Source: a virus
Lineage: Duplodnaviria; Caudoviricetes
Virus record (IMG/VR): IMGVR_UViG_3300018049_000024
Coordinates: 1-53,799 of that record
Strand: one strand, 5' to 3'
DNA: 53,799 nt
Part shown: in pieces, positions 39,626-48,243 of the stretch
How the letters are laid out: every line of letters begins with the position of its first letter
Position numbering within the stretch: the first letter of the stretch is position 1
Notes under the pieces: generated by a model
What the model was told of the DNA's origin: nothing
Seen by the model: the letters and a program-made list of their open reading frames with translations, nothing else
Databases searched by the model: none
Made by a program: the position numbers and the translations under genes

Positions 39626-40305
39626 CAAAAGATTTTCAGATTAATGATGCTTATAAAAAGATAGGAATCAAATTATCAGGTGGTGCAGATAGTTCTATAA
39701 TTTATTATATGTTATGCGAGCATACTAAAGATAAAGATGTAGATATATATGTTCTATCAATTGGCACGCCTGTGAAACCATGGTATCCTGACGGAGCAAA
39801 ACGTGTAATTGATATTGTTGGAAAGATGACAGGAAAATATCCAAAAGAACATTTGATAAATATGGTCCCGCATTCTGAGTATGTTATAGGACAGGACAAA
39901 TTAGCTGAAAAATTAAGAAATGAATATGGAGTAGATGTCATTTATTCAGGTTTAACTATGAATGTTGAAAACAACAAGTTTCAGAACGTATTGATGTCTA
40001 ATAAAGAACTTTGGAACTTAAATGAAACTGACATTAAGAATAGGCTAGCTACTAGAGATAAATCAAGAGATTATAAAGTAAATAAGAAACAGATACCTTG
40101 GAGACCATTCGGCCACGGTGATAAAATGACTACTTACGAAGCCTATAAAATTAATAATATGATAGATGAGTTATATCCATATACTTATTCCTGTGAAAGA
40201 ATGGATGTACCAATCGAAGAATATAAAGGAATAGAAAATATGGTGCATTGTAATCGATGTTATTTTTGTTTTGAGCGGTGGTATGCGTTTGGGAGGCTGT
40301 TGTAG
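39619..40305 (+). CDS. QueC-like (7-cyano-7-deazaguanine synthase-like) PP-loop ATPase, 228 aa
   Basis: LSGGADS PP-loop; C-terminal TYSC..HCNRCYFCFER zinc motif. Confidence 0.65.
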   Translation: MLTKDFQINDAYKKIGIKLSGGADSSIIYYMLCEHTKDKDVDIYVLSIGTPVKPWYPDGAKRVIDIVGKMTGKYPKEHLINMVPHSEYVIGQDKLAEKLRNEYGVDVIYSGLTMNVENNKFQNVLMSNKELWNLNETDIKNRLATRDKSRDYKVNKKQIPWRPFGHGDKMTTYEAYKINNMIDELYPYTYSCERMDVPIEEYKGIENMVHCNRCYFCFERWYAFGRLL

Positions 40306-41061
40306 ATGGATTATAAAAAATATGATAAAGATGGAAATGAGTTAAATCTAATACCTTTGGCAAAAAGATCAAAGCAAGCAAATTTTTATCAAAAATGGTT
40401 AGATGATCCAAACTCAGTAATGCCAACAGATGAGGATATTAAGTGTGAGCTACAATTGCAAGCACTTAGTTATTGGGAACCTTTATCAATCAAAATCAAA
40501 CGTAAAGTTCAAGAAGAATTAACAGCGTTAGACGATATGTGGCAACCATATTTAAGACGAGAAGGAATAATGAATGATAGGGAAGGTATTCCTTTGTTTT
40601 CTATTCCAGAATTAGATATGAAAAGCGGCATAAGTATGCCTGATGCTACAAAAGCAATGGGTAGGCCTTTATCAGAGTTAGAGTTTTGCCATCCAACAGA
40701 AGCATATCATGCTCTACCTAGTCTCCATACTTTGTTAGATTATTGGCAACCATTAGGCAGAACATTTTTAGTAAAATTAAATGCCGGTGGGTATTTTCCT
40801 CCGCATAAAGACACTCCATTGTTAACAAGAAATACTTTTAGAGTAGTGGCATTTTTATCTGATCAAAATTCACTAGATCAGTTTGAATGGGAAATGGATC
40901 GCAGGCAAGTACCAACAAAGGAATTTACTGCTTATTATTGCGATACAAGGCAAACACATAGAACTCATTCTTGGGCACATAATTGTATTCATTTAATAAT
41001 GAACATTCCTAAAACTTGGGAAAATGTAATGAAGGTAATGAGTGTGACTGATAAGTATTGA
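40306..41061 (+). CDS. 2OG-Fe(II) oxygenase, aspartyl/asparaginyl beta-hydroxylase-like, 251 aa
   Basis: KLNAGGYFPPHKD, DTRQTH, IHLIMN. Confidence 0.65.
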   Translation: MDYKKYDKDGNELNLIPLAKRSKQANFYQKWLDDPNSVMPTDEDIKCELQLQALSYWEPLSIKIKRKVQEELTALDDMWQPYLRREGIMNDREGIPLFSIPELDMKSGISMPDATKAMGRPLSELEFCHPTEAYHALPSLHTLLDYWQPLGRTFLVKLNAGGYFPPHKDTPLLTRNTFRVVAFLSDQNSLDQFEWEMDRRQVPTKEFTAYYCDTRQTHRTHSWAHNCIHLIMNIPKTWENVMKVMSVTDKY

Positions 41062-41063
41062 TT

Positions 41064-41768
41064 ATGAGATCTCGACAACAAATAACCAAATTGAAAAAGG
41101 CACAAAGTCCGCCAGTCTCAATAACTGATATATCAATAGAGGTTGATAAGTATTTAAATTTTTATTATGAAAATAAAAAGCATTGGGTTATAAAAAATAC
41201 AGGCCCTACTTTTTTACAGATAGAAAAAGTAGATAAAAACAATGAGCTATTACAGCCTATAGTTAATAAACTTAAAGATAGGTTTGGATCATTCAAAATA
41301 AGAACTTCTCATATTTTTGATGTTACATCTCCTCATGTTATTCATAATGATGACACTCCAGAATACCCAAATAGTTACAAAGCATTTACTATACCTTTAA
41401 AAATATATGGAAAGTCAAACGATCTTAAATTAGTTTTATTTGATCAATATTATTATCATGGTCCTGCGAAATTTTTTAACGGTGATATCCCCAATAAGCA
41501 TGCAGTCTATTATAATAAACCATTATGTAACTATAAGTATGTTTCGTATAAAAGTAACCTAAAAATTAGTGATGAGATATACAAAAAATATTTAACTCAC
41601 TGTAAAAAAGAATGGTTGGATAATTTATCTATAAATACTTTGTTAGATTGGAAACTAGGAAATATTTTATGCTTTGATAGTTTACAATTACATTGTAGTT
41701 CAAATTTTAGAAATAATAATGTATCTCAAAAGATTGGACTATCAATTTTTACTGTAAAGGATGATTGA
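41064..41768 (+). CDS. 2OG-Fe(II) oxygenase-like protein, 234 aa
   Basis: IHND, FTIPL, FDSLQLHCS, KIGLSIF. Confidence 0.55.
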   Translation: MRSRQQITKLKKAQSPPVSITDISIEVDKYLNFYYENKKHWVIKNTGPTFLQIEKVDKNNELLQPIVNKLKDRFGSFKIRTSHIFDVTSPHVIHNDDTPEYPNSYKAFTIPLKIYGKSNDLKLVLFDQYYYHGPAKFFNGDIPNKHAVYYNKPLCNYKYVSYKSNLKISDEIYKKYLTHCKKEWLDNLSINTLLDWKLGNILCFDSLQLHCSSNFRNNNVSQKIGLSIFTVKDD

Positions 41769-42487
41769 TGGAATGGTTAGAGCTAATAGAAGAAAGACAT
41801 ACAACTTTTGCATGGGATGAAGAGAGAATCCCTAAAAAAGAGCTTATTATAGAAGCGTTACAAGAAGTACACACTCACATACCAAGTAAAAACTTAATGT
41901 TTCCGTATCAAGTAAGATTATATAGACACAATGATGAGGCTAAACGAAAAAGACTTATGGAGATATGTCTTAGAAATGGATCGTTATCTACAGAAGATGA
42001 TCCTGGAAATCCACAAGTTCTTGCTCCGTGGATACTTTTATTTAATTCAAGATATTGTTCTGATTTAGAAGGTAGATTTGATACAAAAAGTCCTAGGGCA
42101 AAATTAGATGGTTTAGGTTCTGGAAAAACTCGTACACCGGGGCATCAAACAACAAAGCAAATTCAAACAGAAAATATTGAGATTGGAATTTTTTCAGCAT
42201 TTATAATGTTAGCCTTGGCAAATAGAGGAATACAAAGTGGCATGTGCCAAAATTTATGTAATGATTATCCTGCAGTTGAAGAAATGTTTCCTATATCTCA
42301 CGATGAAAGAGCGTTAGATCTTCGTTTTTTAATAGGTGTAGGATATGGTAAAGATAGATATGTACATTATGACTATTTTGATCCTCGGGTAGATATAGTG
42401 AAAAAAATACCATATCCTCCTGGTATTGTAGATAAGGTATATGGTAGACCTTCGTTCAACAATATTGTAATAGTGGAAGATGAATAA
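41768..42487 (+). CDS. Nitroreductase-family protein, 239 aa
   Basis: RHTTFAW, IPSKNLMFPY, NPQVLAP, EIGIF..LALANRG, IGVGY; paralog of 30306. Confidence 0.6.
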   Translation: MEWLELIEERHTTFAWDEERIPKKELIIEALQEVHTHIPSKNLMFPYQVRLYRHNDEAKRKRLMEICLRNGSLSTEDDPGNPQVLAPWILLFNSRYCSDLEGRFDTKSPRAKLDGLGSGKTRTPGHQTTKQIQTENIEIGIFSAFIMLALANRGIQSGMCQNLCNDYPAVEEMFPISHDERALDLRFLIGVGYGKDRYVHYDYFDPRVDIVKKIPYPPGIVDKVYGRPSFNNIVIVEDE

Positions 42488-43589
42488 AGATTTAAAATGG
42501 AGTCAATACGACTTTACTAAAATTCCTTTTGATGATATAGTCTCATTAGGACAGCGAACATTATTATATAGAGATTTATTTACAGTGTCGTGGTTGCTAG
42601 GACGATATTGTAACTACAAGTGTTCCTATTGTTGGCCCTATGCCCATACTACAAAAAAGGATCATCGTCCTACAGAGCTATGCCTAAAAACAATTGATGA
42701 AATTAAAAGACAAGCAAGGATTAATGGATTTAATTCATTTCATTTTTCTCTGTCAGGCGGTGAGCCTACATTTCACCCTGGCTACTTAGATATCCTAAAA
42801 TATCTAGCAGATGATGTGCCTAACACAAACTACACATCAATTCATATGACTAGTAACTGCTCCCGCCCCTTAGACTGGTTTAGAACGTATGTAGAGTTCG
42901 CTAAGCCGTTTCATAGAGCATCTATAACTGCTAGCCTACATACAGAACATGTCGCTACTACGGGCGATCTAAGCGACTTTGCGGACAAGCTAGAATTCTG
43001 CCAATCATATGATGTGCAAGTAACAGTCAATATGGTGATGGTGCCTGAATGGTTTGACAAGGACTGGGAGAACGCCCTCTATTTACACAACAGAGGGATC
43101 AACGTTACGCTAAAGCCACAGTCCGACCCCACAGCATCCCGTGTGGTAGATGGCTATACAGAGGAACAATTACACACCTTACACAACGGAATGCCGCAAA
43201 GGGCTTATACAGAGACAAAGCGAGAATGGAAAGATAGGCCTAAAGCAACTTTTGAAGTTCCACAAGGACAAAAAGATGATTCATCGGTACCAGGACATTT
43301 TCAAGTAGAGTTTACAGACTCAACTGGTAAAAAATGGTATATGGATCAGGCAGAAAGATTTAATGCGTTTAATTTTAATAATTTTGAAGGATGGATATGT
43401 AACTCAGGGTATCAAGGAATTATTATTAGAGAACCAGATGGTAATATAAAACGAAGTTATTCTTGTCATGATGAACCGTTGGGGAATATAGAAACAGGAT
43501 TCAAATTGTTTAACAAACCAACGATTTGTACAACTAAATCCTGTGTTTCTAGTGCAGACTCTAAATTGCCAAAATATAAATTAATGTAA
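42480..43589 (+). CDS. Radical SAM protein with C-terminal Cys cluster, 369 aa
   Basis: CNYKCSYC, SGGEPT; C-terminal CNSG..YSC..CTTKSC; paralog of 35367. Confidence 0.9.
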   Translation: MNKDLKWSQYDFTKIPFDDIVSLGQRTLLYRDLFTVSWLLGRYCNYKCSYCWPYAHTTKKDHRPTELCLKTIDEIKRQARINGFNSFHFSLSGGEPTFHPGYLDILKYLADDVPNTNYTSIHMTSNCSRPLDWFRTYVEFAKPFHRASITASLHTEHVATTGDLSDFADKLEFCQSYDVQVTVNMVMVPEWFDKDWENALYLHNRGINVTLKPQSDPTASRVVDGYTEEQLHTLHNGMPQRAYTETKREWKDRPKATFEVPQGQKDDSSVPGHFQVEFTDSTGKKWYMDQAERFNAFNFNNFEGWICNSGYQGIIIREPDGNIKRSYSCHDEPLGNIETGFKLFNKPTICTTKSCVSSADSKLPKYKLM

Positions 43590-45281
43590 ATCTACCCATG
43601 TTCCGTTAGCACTGCCTTGGAATTTATTTACATCAGTATTATAAATAACCATTCCATTTTCTGCAGTCAAGGCATCTCTTTCTACAGTAGTAAGGCTACC
43701 AAATTGAACAAACCCATGTACTTTTGTGTTGCCATGGACTTCTAATTTTTCACTAGCTTTCACATTACTGCCAACATTTAAATTACCTTCAGCTAATGTT
43801 ACATATTCTTCGGGTATTGTTCCATTATTGAATGAGTGACAAAGAATCAAACCTCCAGTATAGGCAGATATATAAACATTTCGCATCTCATTAGGCGTGT
43901 CTAATATACTGGAGGATGTAAATCTAATCATCCCAAGTTTTTCACCTAAAAGTGGTGAGTTTGCAAAGTTGTTAGCAAAAGAAATTGTATTATCAACTCT
44001 TTCCATTCTTAAAGATGATTGCCCAACATATGAGCGAATATCTAAAGAATCAGTTTCAAGCTGTTCAGTATGTATTCTATCTACCTCTAAAGACGATGCT
44101 GTAATCGCAGATGTGCTAGAATTGATAATTACGGTACTATCGGCTGCGATTACATCTCTACTTTCATATGTTGAGCCTGATATCAAGTCTGTAATTACCA
44201 TACCAATCCAATGAAAACCGTCCCAATATAATACACTGCCCATTTCAGGATTGTTTTGAATATATGTATCTGTTAAATCTTGAAGGCTGTTATTTTTTAC
44301 AATAAAATGAAATCCGTCCCATGATAAAATTTGATTCATTTCTAATGGAACAGTTTCATCTATCCAAATATCATCTAGATCAGATAATCCCAATGTTCCA
44401 TTAGTCCATTGAGTACCGTCAAATTTAAGAATTTCATTTGAGCTTGGTGCTGGAACATTTACATTGCTAATATTATCTATTACAATACTAGTTAGATTAA
44501 TATGAGAAACATCAATTTCTTTATGAGTCCAAAAATCACCATCCCAAGTTAGCACCTCATTTGGTTGTAGGGAAGAATTATCAATAAATACATCGCTAAA
44601 TGTTTGGATTGATGATGAACCTAAATAAACTTCACCACTAGCAAGATCAATTAAGACAGAACTATCATCAGCTATAATTTTATTAGATCCAACCCATCCA
44701 TTGCTTGAAGTGTATTGTAACAAAGAATTATTTGGGGGAGGTAATTGGGTTATGGGATCAGTTCCAAATGGCTGTGCATGCCATCCATCTGATTGATATT
44801 GCAAAGTGTCGCCAATTTGTGGATTGACAATCTTGACATCTTGCAATGATTCAAGAGGAGTGAAATTTAGATTAATTAGCTTAGTGTCAACATCTACTAA
44901 AGGTACATCACCGGAAACGACACTTGCAGTAATTATTCCTTGATTTCCATCGACGAGCATAGTGCTGTCGTTCCCAAATAAAGATCCTCGATAGTCTGCT
45001 AAAATAAAATCAGCATTCAATCCACCTTTGATAGTTAGATCACCAACAATGTCAATGTTTCCAACACCTGTAATGTTATTATTATTTAAATCTAGATTAT
45101 TGCCAAGTTGTGGAGTAGTGTCTTCGAGGAGTGATTTGATACCAGTAACAAGATTTCCCCCTACAGTTGATCCATCACCAACGTAGAGCTGTTTTGTATC
45201 AGTAGTGTAAAGAGGCTCGCCTTCTGCAAAAGTAATTGATTGCCTTTCAATGTCAAGCCCTCTTCGTAATCGTAGTGCCAT
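43581..45281 (-). CDS. Tail fibre-like protein with Mtd/hyaluronidase-type N-terminal domain and internal repeats, 566 aa
   Basis: LRLRRG..AEGEPLYTTDTKQLYVGDG, DTTPQLGNNLD, repeated LxDxxI..(N/G)xxLxWDGxxW, C-terminal GMVIYNTD; AGGAG RBS. Confidence 0.7.
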   Translation of the reverse strand: MALRLRRGLDIERQSITFAEGEPLYTTDTKQLYVGDGSTVGGNLVTGIKSLLEDTTPQLGNNLDLNNNNITGVGNIDIVGDLTIKGGLNADFILADYRGSLFGNDSTMLVDGNQGIITASVVSGDVPLVDVDTKLINLNFTPLESLQDVKIVNPQIGDTLQYQSDGWHAQPFGTDPITQLPPPNNSLLQYTSSNGWVGSNKIIADDSSVLIDLASGEVYLGSSSIQTFSDVFIDNSSLQPNEVLTWDGDFWTHKEIDVSHINLTSIVIDNISNVNVPAPSSNEILKFDGTQWTNGTLGLSDLDDIWIDETVPLEMNQILSWDGFHFIVKNNSLQDLTDTYIQNNPEMGSVLYWDGFHWIGMVITDLISGSTYESRDVIAADSTVIINSSTSAITASSLEVDRIHTEQLETDSLDIRSYVGQSSLRMERVDNTISFANNFANSPLLGEKLGMIRFTSSSILDTPNEMRNVYISAYTGGLILCHSFNNGTIPEEYVTLAEGNLNVGSNVKASEKLEVHGNTKVHGFVQFGSLTTVERDALTAENGMVIYNTDVNKFQGSANGTWVDLH

Positions 45282-45308
45282 GTTTGCTCCTAGAGTAGTA
45301 TTTCTATA

Positions 45309-45315
45309 TATTTAT
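45309..45315 (-). promoter_or_regulatory. Putative late promoter ATAAATA
   Basis: Motif in the short intergenic gap upstream of the fibre gene. Confidence 0.45.
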
Positions 45316-45331
45316 CTATGAAATAGAAATA

Positions 45332-45652
45332 CTACTTTTTTTTCTTAAGGAACAAATTAGTGCGTCGTTGAACATCTGTTTTTATTTTCTCAGAATTCAA
45401 CTTGAAGTTAATATGCTTAATGTCAGCTTCGTATTCGTCAAATAGTTTAGTTAACGAATTTTCTACTTCTTCAGGATTTTCTTTTAGATCCTTTTCCTTC
45501 AAATCTATATCCCAAACTTTGCCATCATTAAACTGTACCTGCACGGAATCTAAATAACGTACAGGTATTACTTCAAGTTTAACATCTTTGAAAACTTCTG
45601 GCCAATGTTCAATAACGTCATCTGGAAGCGATGTGTTATACTTCCTCGGCAC
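45332..45652 (-). CDS. Hypothetical protein, about 106 aa
   Basis: Likely GTG start at 45652 overlapping the end of the upstream gene; the longer ORF call would overlap it by 140 bp. Confidence 0.6.
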   Translation of the reverse strand: MPRKYNTSLPDDVIEHWPEVFKDVKLEVIPVRYLDSVQVQFNDGKVWDIDLKEKDLKENPEEVENSLTKLFDEYEADIKHINFKLNSEKIKTDVQRRTNLFLKKKK

Positions 45653-46280
45653 TCTTCTTTTCGTTTCCCCGTCGTTTCTTAGTAGGAACCAATGCTTCAG
45701 CTTGTTCACGCAAGAGCTTTGCTTCTTTGAAAAGTTTGTCTGCTTGTGAACGATAGTTAGCAGCAATCTGCTCATCAGTTAGTACACCGCCCTCAGGGGC
45801 TTGTAGTGGTGCTACGGGTGCCTCAGCTACTGTGGGTTTAGTAACGGGCTCTGACGGGGCTTTTGCAGCTTCAGTTTTTCTCTTCCTTGGTTCTGACGGA
45901 TTTACCATAGCCAACTCGTCTACAGTGACTCCGCGTTGCTCTGCAATCAGTTTGTTCAACTCGTCTAATGATATAACTGTATTAGAGTCGGGTGTCATCT
46001 CAATATCTGTAGTGGGATAACGTGACATCTTTCCTCTTACATGGAAAGCCTGTAACATATTAGCACCATCAGATAGATGAGAACGCATCATCACTTCAGC
46101 AAACTCATCAGCAGCCTGGCCAGAATTTGATTCGACAACCTGCATTAGGCTATCATGATCGGCTGCTTCTAAGCTCTCCGTGGAAATACAAACACAATGG
46201 CTAGGATCATTAGGTAGCGTCTTATACGCTACAATAACTTTCCTTTGATTGTGTCTGAGCCTTCCAATATGTTTTAACAT
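45636..46280 (-). CDS. Hypothetical phage protein, 214 aa
   Basis: AGGA RBS and TAATG coupling; Pro/Ala-rich linker and helical C-terminus. Confidence 0.7.
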   Translation of the reverse strand: MLKHIGRLRHNQRKVIVAYKTLPNDPSHCVCISTESLEAADHDSLMQVVESNSGQAADEFAEVMMRSHLSDGANMLQAFHVRGKMSRYPTTDIEMTPDSNTVISLDELNKLIAEQRGVTVDELAMVNPSEPRKRKTEAAKAPSEPVTKPTVAEAPVAPLQAPEGGVLTDEQIAANYRSQADKLFKEAKLLREQAEALVPTKKRRGNEKKSAEEV

Positions 46281-46549
46281 TATCCTGCCTGCTGAGCTTG
46301 TTGCTGCTGAGCCACAACATTCAAGAATGTTTCTAGACGAGAATAAGTGGTTCCAATAGCAACCATTTCATTTGGGCGGAACGCACCACGTGAGCTGGCA
46401 ATGTCAATAATCTGCTTGAGAGCGCCCAAGTCATTTACTGTAAGCTCTACATTACCTTCGCCTTCTGCGGATTCTGCAGATTCTGGGGTTACTGTAGGTT
46501 GTGTTGGAACTGTAGCAGTTTCTTCTGCTGGTTTTCTTCGATTAGCCAT
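46280..46549 (-). CDS. Hypothetical phage protein, 89 aa
   Basis: AAGGAG RBS; ATAAATA upstream at 46583-46589. Confidence 0.7.
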   Translation of the reverse strand: MANRRKPAEETATVPTQPTVTPESAESAEGEGNVELTVNDLGALKQIIDIASSRGAFRPNEMVAIGTTYSRLETFLNVVAQQQQAQQAG

Positions 46550-46588
46550 TTTTTCTCCTTGTAAGCTAAAAAGTGTGTATATTATTTA

Positions 46589-46879
46589 TTAGTATTTCAA
46601 ATGAGGACACGCTAAAGTGAAGTATGACAACTCTTTAGGTTCCTCAAACCCAATGTATAAAACTTCTGAGATTCCTCTATCAACTGGATCAATTTTTAGC
46701 GTTCGTCCAATATAATATCGTCCTTTCAGATTATCGTGGATCCATTTGTCCATGGATCGCTCTAAATTATAGTGTAACGGAATCGTCATATATTCGAAAT
46801 GAGCAGGCGCCGAGGACGCCTTTCTCACTCCGTAAAAGTTTAGCCGATTCGCTTTTTTTATTTTAAGCGGATTCGTCAT
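46589..46879 (-). CDS. Hypothetical protein, about 96 aa
   Basis: Start moved to ATG 46879, overlapping the end of the vWA gene. Confidence 0.6.
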   Translation of the reverse strand: MTNPLKIKKANRLNFYGVRKASSAPAHFEYMTIPLHYNLERSMDKWIHDNLKGRYYIGRTLKIDPVDRGISEVLYIGFEEPKELSYFTLACPHLKY

Positions 46880-48164
46880 AGTGTGTAGTAAATCCAAATG
46901 GTGCCTCAAAATTCTTATCGTGATGTCCGTGAATAACAAATATGGTATCGCAGTAATCTGGATCACCCCAACTAGCCCACGGATAACCATCGGTAAACAT
47001 AATGAACTTCTTTGGCTGAAAATCTTCGTCTTTCATATACCGCCAATTCACGTCGAAGTCAGTACCACCGCCTCCCATGGGCTCATATGTAGTTATGTCT
47101 TCTCCGTTGTCGGAAGTAAATTCTTGAGTATTGTAAATCTCAGTATCAAAGCACCATACCTTGATGCGGTAGTCTTTGTACTGCTCCATAATGCCTTGTA
47201 GCTCAGACAGCATATCACGTGCCTGCTCGTGCCCTATGGACCCGGACATATCTAAAGCAATAGCTACATCAATAGATTCATCAAAGTTCATGCCGGGCAA
47301 AATAGCGCCCGAATGCCAATTCTTTCGTGATGGACGGGAGAATGTGTAATCAGCCTTGATGGTTGATTGGATCTGTGTTTGGATAATCTCACGCCAGTTC
47401 ATCTTAGGCTCAGTAAGCTCTTGGATGATACGCTTCACCTCACCTGGCACGTTACCAGCACCAGCAGCCTGTGCCGCTTGGATCATGGACTCTTTGATCT
47501 CGTCCTTAATCTTCTTCATCTCCTCCTCAGACATTTGAGGACGTCCTTTGGATGGAGTGCCATCTTGTCCTGGGGATGAACCTGAGCGGCTGTCTGCGGA
47601 ATCATCACCGTCAGTCCAATCAACGTGATCATCTAGCAATTCGCCTTCGCCATCACCAGCTGAACCTTCGCCATTCTCCTCTTCTTGTTTCTTCAAGTCA
47701 TCGTATACGTCCTCCGATGTCCAACCATCATACTTGAAGTCTTGAAAGATTGGAATTTGCGTAACCTTGTGTCCAATACCGTCACGAACCAACAAGTTAT
47801 TGACAATGTAATCTGAAGCAATATTATATAGGCGTGGATCCCTATCGTCGCGGCGTGTGAGGTGATCATAGACACAATGCATGATCTCGTGGGCAATAAC
47901 GAACTCAATTTGTTTCTCAGTTAGGATGTTGAAAAATTGTGTATTGAAGTAAAGGTGGCGCCCGTCAGTAGCAGCAGTAGGACACCAATCGTCACATGAC
48001 TCAATCTTGAGCCGTGTAGCCATATTGCCAAAAAATGGATGACGAAGCAGCATACCTACCCTAGCAACCGTAATCTTATCCTCAACCTCAGCTCGCATCT
48101 TAGCAAGCTCTTCCGGGGACAAATCTTTTGGTTGGAAGCTGGATTTGCTGTTGTCTATGGACAT
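46863..48164 (-). CDS. vWA-domain protein with N-terminal HExxH metallopeptidase-like domain (DUF2201-like), 433 aa
   Basis: TAATDG, HEIMH, acidic linker, MIDAS DMSGS, GGGTDF, FTDGY. Confidence 0.85.
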   Translation of the reverse strand: MSIDNSKSSFQPKDLSPEELAKMRAEVEDKITVARVGMLLRHPFFGNMATRLKIESCDDWCPTAATDGRHLYFNTQFFNILTEKQIEFVIAHEIMHCVYDHLTRRDDRDPRLYNIASDYIVNNLLVRDGIGHKVTQIPIFQDFKYDGWTSEDVYDDLKKQEEENGEGSAGDGEGELLDDHVDWTDGDDSADSRSGSSPGQDGTPSKGRPQMSEEEMKKIKDEIKESMIQAAQAAGAGNVPGEVKRIIQELTEPKMNWREIIQTQIQSTIKADYTFSRPSRKNWHSGAILPGMNFDESIDVAIALDMSGSIGHEQARDMLSELQGIMEQYKDYRIKVWCFDTEIYNTQEFTSDNGEDITTYEPMGGGGTDFDVNWRYMKDEDFQPKKFIMFTDGYPWASWGDPDYCDTIFVIHGHHDKNFEAPFGFTTHYDESA

Positions 48165-48205
48165 AGTATCTCCTGTGTGTTGTTGTTATTTACTGTATAT
48201 TTCTA

Positions 48206-48234
48206 ATTATATATAGAAATATGGAGAAAGTCAA
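48206..48234 (-). promoter_or_regulatory. Sigma70-type promoter TTGACT-17-TATAAT
   Basis: -35 at 48229-48234, -10 at 48206-48211; AGGAG RBS downstream. Confidence 0.8.
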
Positions 48235-48243
48235 GATATTTTT

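Noticed and set aside
13502-43589. Classical RiPP cluster (radical SAM/SPASM plus precursor peptide)
   Set aside because: Genes abut or overlap, leaving no room for a precursor ORF. I see no RRE/PqqD domain, peptidase or transporter. A precursor outside the window cannot be excluded.
17119-43589. Naming the radical SAM genes moaA, pqqE, queE or nrdG
   Set aside because: Only generic motifs match, pathway partners are absent, and the domain order differs in most of them.
43581-45281. Diversity-generating retroelement target
   Set aside because: Only the Mtd-like N-terminal anchor is suggested. No reverse transcriptase or template/variable repeat pair is seen.
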